Assembly: GCA_004431415.1 (NCBI GenBank)
Contig: QPMI01000090.1
Coordinates: 1-64,000, forward strand
DNA: 64,000 bases
Direction of reading: 5' to 3'
DNA from: Cyanophora paradoxa CCMP329
Lineage: Eukaryota; Plantae; Glaucophyta
Below, piece after piece: positions 10,498 to 17,635 of this stretch (its first letter is position 1; each line of letters opens with the position of its first letter). Both the position numbers and the translations under genes were made by a program. The notes under the pieces were generated by a model that was not told the origin of the DNA, ran no database searches, and worked only from the letters and a program-made list of their open reading frames with translations.

Positions 10498-12633
10498 CTA
10501 CACCGCGAGTATCACAATTCGACCGTTGCCACCGTCGCTGAAAGACGAGCCACCGTTGCCGCCCCTACCAATGCCTGCTGCGTAGTGAGCGTCTCCGCTA
10601 TTTCCTGCCACCTGGCCGGACCCAGGATACACCGTAGCATCCGTCAAGTTTCCTATGTAGCTCGAGCCACCGCCACCTCCAAACATTCTTGCTATTGGGT
10701 TCTCTGACACTCCGCTCCTGCTGGACCCAGAGCCTCCACCGAAGTAACCACCACCACCACCACCACCGAACCTGTAGCCGCTTGAATCAGGCCCAGTCTC
10801 TCCACCTTGGCGCAAAGTTCCCGGGTTGCTGGGCCTGGCCCCTGAGGCCACAACACCGGCTCCGCCAGCGGTTTGGGTGCCTCCTTGAGCCGGTATCTCT
10901 CCGGTTACTCCAACCAACCCAGCCGCACCACCGGTCAACCCCCGCCTACTCCCCCGCCGCCATTCGAATCACATGTACCCCCACCTCCGGCCCCTGCAAC
11001 AACCAAGTCGGTCCCTGCAACGCGCTGAATTGCAGAACGACCACCACCGGCGCCGTTTTTGTACTCCGGATCGACGCTATGGCTCCAGCCCCTTCCACCA
11101 CCTCCGTAGACGGTAGCAGTGGCAGTCCCCGATACACCCTTTGGGCCGCCGCATCCAACAACAAGGATGAGCGTCTCCCCGAGGACACAGCCAATGTACC
11201 AACTACGCAAGCACCCGCGCCTCCACGGACCCCCGTACCTGCGCGTTCTCCGCCTCCACCCCCGGCCGCCCATACGATGACACGCACAGCCACAGTCCCC
11301 GTTGGTACTACGAAAGTCTGGTCGGCCCCGGTGTAGGAGAATGTACCCAAAACAGGAGCGTTTGCAGTTGTTGCACTGGCAGACGAGGACTGAGGGCCTT
11401 CCTCGCCGATCTGGTTGACGCCCTTGATGGTGTAAGTGTAAGTGGTTCCGTAAACGGTCGTTGTGTCCGAAAAGGGGCTGCTCGTGTCGCTGGCAAGGAA
11501 CACGCCACCCCTGTAGATGTTGTAGGAGACGGTGACGCCCGTCACCGGCACCGACCACTCGAGCACAACAGGCTGTGCTGCCCCCGCCGCGGGGGTTGCA
11601 GTGAGCCAGTGGGCGCCCCGGGTCCGTGGTGACGTACGCCGCAATACTCTTCGGCCCCTCCCCTCCCGTGTTCGTCGCGGAGATCTGGTACTCGTACCCT
11701 GTACCCCAGACGGTGGTCGTGTCGCTGTAGGAGTTGGTCGCGGAGTCTGTGAGGTAGGCCCCGTCTCTGTAAATCTTGTATCCCGTCGCTCCCGTGGACG
11801 CAGTCCAGCTGAGGCTGACAGGCTGCTGCTGGTCGTTGGGTGCTGATGCCGTCACGTTCGTGGGGGCGTTTGGCATAGTCCAGACCAGGAGCGGATCGGA
11901 CTTGTCGTATTCGACACCGCCCACGATGCCGGCCACCTGGTAAGAGTATTCCGTGCCCCACGTAAGAGCAGTGCTATCGTCAATGTACGAGGTAGACAGG
12001 GCACTGCTCGCAAATCCGATTGGCGTACCGTTCCTGTAAATTCGAATCGAGTCCGCGCCCTCCATGGCCACCCAGTTGATTGTGACGACTATGGCGGGTT
12101 TCGGGAAGCCCGAAGACGCGGGCCGCCCCCGGCAATAAAATCGCCGTAGGTCTGGGCCGTGGCGGTCGTGAGCGTGGTGTAGGCTTCGATCTGCGGGCTG
12201 AAGCCGCCTATGCCTTGGAAGAGAATGTAATTGCTCATGGCACCCTCGTGGGTGTAGAGAAGCGACTGTGCGTAGGTTGTGGGCGGGGCTTTGCCATCAG
12301 AGCCCGTGCTGCTGCTGCCCTGTTCGCGAACCGCCGCCACGCGGTAGAGTCGCTGGGCCCCCAAACTAAAGGGAGAGTCCGTGTAGGTGACGGTTGGCGC
12401 ATTCACCGTGGCCACGAGATCCCAGGGGCCGTTGATGCTGGTCGCCCTGTACACCTTGTACTTGACGGCGTTGGTGACCGCGACCCAGTTCAGCTGAAAG
12501 CCGTACGTACTGTTCCCGTTGTTGAGCACGGAGCCGATCGCACCTGGGGCCTGCCCACAGTCAGCGAGATCGGCTCCACGCCATACTGCGGAGCCTGCAC
12601 CACCTGCTTTTTCACGAATACGAAGCGGGGCAT
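10498..12633 (-). CDS. Fibronectin type III repeat protein with C-terminal glycine-rich (ALK/LTK-type Gly_rich) domain; frameshifted
   Basis: About 4 FN3 units (LSWTASTGATGYKIYRDG..YSDT..GT.YEYQISA.N..GEG), then FSYTGADQTFVVP..V..WAAGGGGG...GGGGGGYFGGG..GGGGSSY..GGNGRIVI. ATG at 12633 follows the minus-strand motif. Confidence 0.8.
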
Positions 12634-12672
12634 TTTCCTCTACGATCCGAAAAAATATCTGCCCCGGGGTAA
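12634..12672. promoter_or_regulatory. 39-bp bidirectional viral promoter with back-to-back copies of the conserved motif
   Basis: Plus strand AAAATATCT-N12-ATG(12673); minus strand ATATTTTTTCG-N14-ATG(12633). Confidence 0.6.
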
Positions 12673-13352
12673 ATGACTTCCAACTGGTACCAGACCCTCA
12701 GCGGCTCACTTGACGTTGGCAACAACACCAAGGATTTCGCACGCATACCCTCCGGCAGTTACGTCGACGTCTTTCTGCAGAATCCCGTCGTGATTCAGGT
12801 CGTTCAGAACGCCTACGCCACGCCCAAGATTTATTCCTACCAGCTCTTCTTCGACCCTCTGAGCCTCAGCGCAGAGGTTATCGAGCTGCTGCACGAATCA
12901 GGACTCGTGAAAAAGGTGGCACCTGCCACGGCCACTGCCAACGTCTTGCGCTGTCTCGAGGTCAAGTTCAGGGAGACGGGGTACGGCCCCACCGTGAACC
13001 GGTACCCCAGTTCTTCGAATCTTCCGGGTACGGGAACTTACCAGATGAGGGGTACGCTCAAGGGCGACGTGCTCTTCACGAAATTCAATCCAAGTCCCGC
13101 GACCCTGGGGCCCTCTACACGGGCGGCAACCCACGCGGCTCGACTCTACCCCGCTTCCCCTTCACCTTTTTCAGGTTCCAGGTCTTCCCCCTCTCCTACG
13201 CCGCCGACCAGCCCCACTTCAGCACGGGCGCCAGCCTCTGCGCGGAGCTGCGTGAGTGCTCGATTTCCTACGCGTACGGCACCGACGCTGACTCTGTGCC
13301 TGGGGCCCGCGTCATGAACATCGGTGGCGACATCACCCTCTTTCACGGATAA
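12673..13352 (+). CDS. Viral structural-like protein, paralog A (frameshifted C-terminus)
   Basis: Shares QNPV, S.E..E.L..SGL.KK..P, LE.KF and G..L.AEL.E blocks with the next gene. Shifted-frame stop TAA at 13350-13352. Confidence 0.65.
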
Positions 13353-13375
13353 TCTTTCTCATTTGAGGTCGCAAA

Positions 13376-14188
13376 ATGCCGACCACCTCGGCCACCATCG
13401 TGAAGACCGTGTCTGCCGGCTCGATCGTCCCCGATTTCTACGGCAACGCTGGGAACGTGGCCAACGCAGGGACGGACAAGGTGGAGTGGGACGGAAACTA
13501 CGCCACCCCGCTCACCGTGAGGGTCCAGAATCCCGTCATGTTGCGCGTCACCTCCAACGATTTCGAGAATCCCGCCTCCTGCTCCGTGTACGTGTACTTT
13601 GACATCGACTCGGGCGTGAGCGCGGATGAGGCGGAGGCGCTCTGGCTCTCGGGCCTCCTGAAAAAGATAGAGCCCTCTGTGCCTGATCGGCCCGCCATTC
13701 GCGTGCTCGAACTCAAGTTCACCGCTAACACCGCCCTCACTCGCAAATTCGGGAATGGTGCGAATCCGAACATCAAAACGCATTTAGATGGCGCCCTCAT
13801 CGATGCCACACACAAGACCACGCAGGCCGTTCCCTTTGAGATGTACAACCTCTGGAAGATGACCGCAAAGGAGATGATGACGAATGCCACCACGGGCGGC
13901 GCCTCGGGTACCGATTATTCATACGGCGCCTCGAATCCCCGTACCCAGGTCTGGCCCCGGCTCCTCTTCACGAAATTCACTTTCAAATTGTACAACAACA
14001 TCGCCGGAATGCCTACCTCTGGAATGGTCGTGGGCTCTACCCTCATGGCCGAACTAATTGAGGCAGAGGCGGACTACACGACTGCGACTACCAACTCGAC
14101 AGCGCCAGGCGCCGGAGCCGAAGTTTACGTGGCCTGGGAAACGGTCGGTCGCGAGTACGACACCAAGATTCACACCACTAGCGTCTAG
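13376..14188 (+). CDS. Viral structural-like protein, paralog B
   Basis: Intact 270-aa ORF with the upstream motif; homologous to 12673-13352. Confidence 0.7.
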   Translation: MPTTSATIVKTVSAGSIVPDFYGNAGNVANAGTDKVEWDGNYATPLTVRVQNPVMLRVTSNDFENPASCSVYVYFDIDSGVSADEAEALWLSGLLKKIEPSVPDRPAIRVLELKFTANTALTRKFGNGANPNIKTHLDGALIDATHKTTQAVPFEMYNLWKMTAKEMMTNATTGGASGTDYSYGASNPRTQVWPRLLFTKFTFKLYNNIAGMPTSGMVVGSTLMAELIEAEADYTTATTNSTAPGAGAEVYVAWETVGREYDTKIHTTSV

Positions 14189-14542
14189 ACTGGCTAAGCT
14201 GCATTAGCACCTGTGTCGCCTCCATCATCTCCCGAATCTCCTCGCTCTTCTCCTGTAAATTGGCGTACCCCCTCCTCTTCTTGCGAATCTCCGACATTGA
14301 TGCCCAGCGCAGGTTCTCCCTCCTGTAGTCCAGCGGGTTGCCGTTGATGTGTTCCACGTAGCGTCCACGTGGCGACTTCCCGAGGATCAGCTGGGAGAGG
14401 TAGTGCTTGCGCCCTCCAAACGTCTTGCTCACCCTGTCCCTGTCCACTCTCCAGGGAAACTCCAAGGCACTCGGGGTACGTCCGAGTTGACCAGGACGTT
14501 GTAGGCGACGTCTTGCGAGTCGGTGCACCGGAGCAGGGCCAT
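14178..14542 (-). CDS. HNH endonuclease (HNH_3-type), one frameshift near the N-terminus
   Basis: YLSQLILG...[24 protein letters not shown] 14542 is preceded by TTTTTCT-N14. Confidence 0.75.
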
Positions 14543-14566
14543 TTTGCCCTAGGTTCAGAAAAACCT

Positions 14567-14716
14567 GGGACTTGGGACTTGGGACTTGGGACTTGGGACT
14601 TGGGACTTGGGACTTGGGACTTGGGACTTGGGACTTGGGACTTGGGACTTGGGAAGAGTTGAAACCCAGGTCCCGGCCCAGACTTTCTCCAGGATCAGAA
14701 ATTTGTCAGACAAGTC
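14567..14716 (+). repeat. Module 1: (GGGACTT)x12 plus a conserved ~65-bp arm
   Basis: 12 perfect heptamers at 14567-14650, followed by GGGAAGAGTT...GGCCCAGA...GGATC...CAAGTC. Confidence 0.95.
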
Positions 14717-14804
14717 AGGTGAGTTTTTCTACCGACTTTTTTACTCCTACCACTCCTCATACTCTTTTTTACTCGTAGTCTTTTTTACTCGTAGTCTTTT
14801 TTAC

Positions 14805-14996
14805 TCGTATCCCATCTCGTACCCTCCTTCTCTCGACATCTCACACGAAAACTCCTACCCCTCTTCACATCCGTTTTCGGTTGCATACTCTCGTGAGCTT
14901 TCATGTCCAGTATCATGCTACAAGTCGTACACCAGTTCAGACTCTACCTCGCTTGAAATCTCACCTGGAATGTCACCAGAAACGTCATATGCAGAT
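14805..14996. repeat. Cryptic 12-bp-period array: 16 consecutive TC-N10 units
   Basis: TC at 14805, 14817, 14829, 14841, 14853, 14865, 14877, 14889, 14901, 14913, 14925, 14937, 14949, 14961, 14973 and 14985, with all intervening 10-mers different. Preceded by about 3 copies of TCTTTTTTACTCGTAG. Confidence 0.9.
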
Positions 14997-15030
14997 TTCC
15001 GTACCCCTCTACATGTCTGCCCGGTGGTTA

Positions 15031-15148
15031 GGGACTTGGCGCGGCAAACTCTCAGATCCAGAGAGATTCTGGGCCCAGACCCTGAGTCTAACTCTTCCCA
15101 AGTCCCAAGTCCCAAGTCCCAAGTCCCAAGTCCCAAGTCCCAAGTCCC
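15031..15148 (-). repeat. Module 2 (inverted relative to module 1): (GGGACTT)x7 plus arm
   Basis: AAGTCCC x7 at 15100-15148. The reverse complement of 15031-15099 aligns with 14651-14716. Confidence 0.95.
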
Positions 15149-15222
15149 AGGATCGCGCCAAGTCGTAACTGAATAGTCGGCCAATTTTTACAAGTATGTA
15201 CAATGGAATGACGCAATACTAT

Positions 15223-16290
15223 TTACAGCATCTCAAAGTCAGAGTCATCGTCATCGGAAACCAACTCAATGAGGCCCTCGGGCGCCGACTTAAGGGGAAT
15301 GCGGGGAAGGGACTGCGCTGCCTGCACCAAGTCCTGCCGCTCGCGCTCGCGCTGCGCCGCCAAGGCCGCTGCCGCCTCTGCCTCGCGCTGCTGCTGAGCC
15401 TCGATGCGCGCCTTGAGCTCGGCCGCCTCCTTCTGCTTGCGCTCGGCGATCCGCGCCTTGTTGATCTGGTACTGGACAAGGCGCTCGTGGCGCCGCTTGC
15501 GCTCCAACTCCTTGCGGAGCTCGTTGCAGAGGACGCGCTTCTCAATGGTCTTGACGTGCTGAGTCAGGCGCTCGCTGTAGTGTGACGTCACGCGAGAACG
15601 GGCAATGCCGGCGCCGAGCTTCAAGTCCTTCTCGTGTGCCTTGGCGGGGTCCTTGACGCGCTCGGAGTTGTCGGTGAATGACGTAGTCTCCATGAACTTC
15701 TTCTTGACGATTGACTTGGTCTTGATAATGCGGCGCTTGCGAGTCGGGTTTTCGTTGTCGCCTTCAGAGTCAGAAGACGACTCAGAGTCGTATGGAATCG
15801 GCACGTCAAAGTCGATGAAGTCGTTGATGTCAGACTCGACGTCAGAGGCCTCGGACTTGGCGTCATCGGCGGGCTCGGGGGCGGGCTCGGCGACGGGCTG
15901 AGGGGCAGATGACGACGATGACGGAGGGGGGTAATTCGTGAAGACTTGAGGGGGGTAGGCCCAGGCGAGCGTCTCGGCAGCAGACTCGGCGAAAAGCTTG
16001 GGGTCGCCCCAGCCGTTGGCGGTCTTGACCCAGCCGGGACGGGGGGCACGTCGACGGGGGCTCGGGCTTGGGTTGCTTGGACTTGGATTTCTTGGCCTTG
16101 GACGTGAAGGCGGACTTGGGGAGAAGTTGCACTTCGGGGCCAGTGGCGCGTAAGATGGCATAATTGTAGATGTACCCAGAGCGTCGGCGCGCTGCTCCAT
16201 CTCAGGGGTAGCCCCTTGAGTGCCACCGGAGTTAGCCCACGTTGCTTGGACAAAGGCGAAGTCCTCGGCAAGCTCAGCGGGAATCGACAT
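15223..16290 (-). CDS. Putative early regulatory protein: acidic tract, NLS, coiled coil, C-terminal SIM-like motif; probable 5'UTR intron
   Basis: MSIPAELAEDF... is directly preceded by a polypyrimidine tract and CAG. Contains RKRRIIKTK and ends LIELVSDDDDSDFEML. Local frameshifts near 16050-16140. Confidence 0.6.
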   Translation of the reverse strand: MSIPAELAEDFAFVQATWANSGGTQGATPEMEQRADALGTSTIMPSYAPLAPKCNFSPSPPSRPRPRNPSPSNPSPSPRRRAPRPGWVKTANGWGDPKLFAESAAETLAWAYPPQVFTNYPPPSSSSSAPQPVAEPAPEPADDAKSEASDVESDINDFIDFDVPIPYDSESSSDSEGDNENPTRKRRIIKTKSIVKKKFMETTSFTDNSERVKDPAKAHEKDLKLGAGIARSRVTSHYSERLTQHVKTIEKRVLCNELRKELERKRRHERLVQYQINKARIAERKQKEAAELKARIEAQQQREAEAAAALAAQRERERQDLVQAAQSLPRIPLKSAPEGLIELVSDDDDSDFEML

Positions 16291-16628
16291 CTGCGCAAAG
16301 GGAAAAGAAATCAGCAAAGGCAAAACGTGAGGTGACTGTGAGGGCGGACTTGTGAAAATTCGGAGAGGCAGGGTTTCCTTGGGCTGAGAGAAGGCGGCGA
16401 ACCCGTTTCAAGAGTGAGGCAAAATGGCGGCGGACCGCGGTTTTGTGGGCGAATTTTTTCCTGGGCTAGTTCGCAACGGAAAACGTTGCCAACTGGCCTG
16501 AAAAAGCCAAATTTAGCGTTGGACCGAAGACAGAAAAAGGAGCCGGCCTGACGGAAATTGCCCGAGTGCGTCCGCCGAAGGTCGAGTCTCGGATGGGGGG
16601 TACACCCTCAGGGGCCCCCCCTGGCCCC

Positions 16629-17099
16629 TCACCCTGGTAGTACCCTCTCAAAGGGATTTTCGAAGCCGTACAATTCTTGGTAAGTCTCGTAATCCGGGCT
16701 GTACCCCCTCACAATCTGCGGGAGCCCCATTGAAAGCCTCCGTCTATCCTCTCTCAATTCCCTGCGGAAAAGTCTACGGTCTTCTCGAGCTTCGCGCGTC
16801 ACGCCAGCTGGGCGTGGTCTATGATTGTTAGGGTTGTCGTAGCCTGGTCCCACCAGCCTCACGAAATTTTCGCGTATGGCCTCGGGGAGACTCTGGAAAC
16901 GGTTCGTTGCGTGGAACTCGATCCATTCATTGAATCGACGCGGATATTGACGGATGACTTCAAGCACGCCCTGTGTGTTGGGCTCTGGTGTTATGTCGGG
17001 AATGTCATGTCCTGTGAGGTGCCAACGCCAGAACTCGCGCAGCCTCTCGAATGCCATATGCAACTCAAAGGGGAAATCGTAATAGAGATTGCCTGACAT
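16629..17099 (-). CDS. Viral hypothetical protein (156 aa)
   Basis: MSGNLYYDFPFELHMAFERL... with AATTTTCG-N13-ATG upstream. Confidence 0.6.
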   Translation of the reverse strand: MSGNLYYDFPFELHMAFERLREFWRWHLTGHDIPDITPEPNTQGVLEVIRQYPRRFNEWIEFHATNRFQSLPEAIRENFVRLVGPGYDNPNNHRPRPAGVTREAREDRRLFRRELREDRRRLSMGLPQIVRGYSPDYETYQELYGFENPFERVLPG

Positions 17100-17127
17100 T
17101 TTTCTCCCCCTCCGAAAATTTCCCCGT

Positions 17128-17207
17128 TTTGAGTCCAGACTCTGATTCCAACTCTTCCAAGTCCCAAGTCCCAAGTCCCAAGTCCCAAGTCCCAAGTCCC
17201 AGGTCCC
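17128..17207 (-). repeat. Module 3: (GGGACTT)x6 plus arm, upstream of gene 17099
   Basis: AAGTCCC x6 at 17159-17200. Arm GGAAGAGTTGGAATCAGAGTCTGGAC matches module 2 arm GGAAGAGTTAGACTCAGGGTCTGGGC. Confidence 0.9.
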
Positions 17208-17334
17208 ATTTTTCTCCCATTTCAGTCCGAGATTTTGCCCAAGTCCAAATCCGGGCCCGGGATTCGAACCCTCGTTTTCGGTCGATTTCACGCGTGAAAA
17301 ACGCACTTTTCGGCCTTTTCCGATTTTTCCTTTC

Positions 17335-17466
17335 TCGCGATCGCAGAAATGCCCCCGATCTCGAAATCGCGATCGAAAAGGGTCGCGATCGGGAGAAAGT
17401 CGCGATCACCAGGGTCGCGATCGGGTCGCGATCGCCGCGATCGCCAGCCTCGGAGGGGGTACCCCC
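17335..17466. repeat. Putative viral terminus: 7 CGCGATC copies followed by the GGGGGTACCCCC palindrome
   Basis: CGCGATC at 17336, 17368, 17384, 17401, 17416, 17427 and 17436; perfect 12-bp palindrome at 17455-17466. Host ankyrin intron sequence begins about 100 bp later. Confidence 0.6.
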
Positions 17467-17635
17467 ACAGCTGTTGCGGCGGTTATAAGAACCTCCGCAA
17501 TCCAAGCGTCACTTCCGAGTCTCGAGCTCTCGGAGTTGCCTTTTCGCGTTTGGCCCATTGATGGCCCTCCTATATATTAATAGCGATCGCGAACCGCGTT
17601 TCCGCGCTTTACAAATTAAATCTGACAGTCGGCAG

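Larger units (their letters stand above)
1..17466. mobile_element. Endogenous dsDNA virus-like element, right portion (Mriyaviricetes/Polinton-like-virus grade); left end lies outside the window
   Basis: Dense, nearly intron-less ORFs with very short spacers and a shared upstream motif. Encodes HUH endonuclease, jelly-roll penton-like, fibre/S74 and HNH proteins. Switches abruptly to intron-rich host DNA after a palindromic stretch at 17335-17466. Confidence 0.85.

Noticed and set aside
14805-14996. CRISPR array interpretation of the TC-N10 array
   Set aside because: The constant part is only 2 bp and spacers are 10 bp; no cas genes were recognised.
14567-15148. True chromosome telomere or telomere fusion
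   Set aside because: The arrays are short, internal, tied to a conserved non-repeat arm and surrounded by viral genes.
14572-15203. ORFs reading LGLGTWD or SQVPSPK repeats
   Set aside because: These are translations of the stop-free heptamer arrays, mostly with non-ATG starts.
15202-15212. TAGTATTGC (minus strand), similar to the CRESS-virus origin nonanucleotide
   Set aside because: One mismatch and no flanking stem; it lies in the 3' region of gene 15223.
1-17466. Bacterial prophage or contaminant
   Set aside because: No terminase, portal or consistent Shine-Dalgarno pattern seen. A-rich Kozak-like starts, NLS/SIM-like motifs, a jelly-roll-like ORF and a probable spliceosomal intron favour a eukaryotic virus, though the junction still needs read support.
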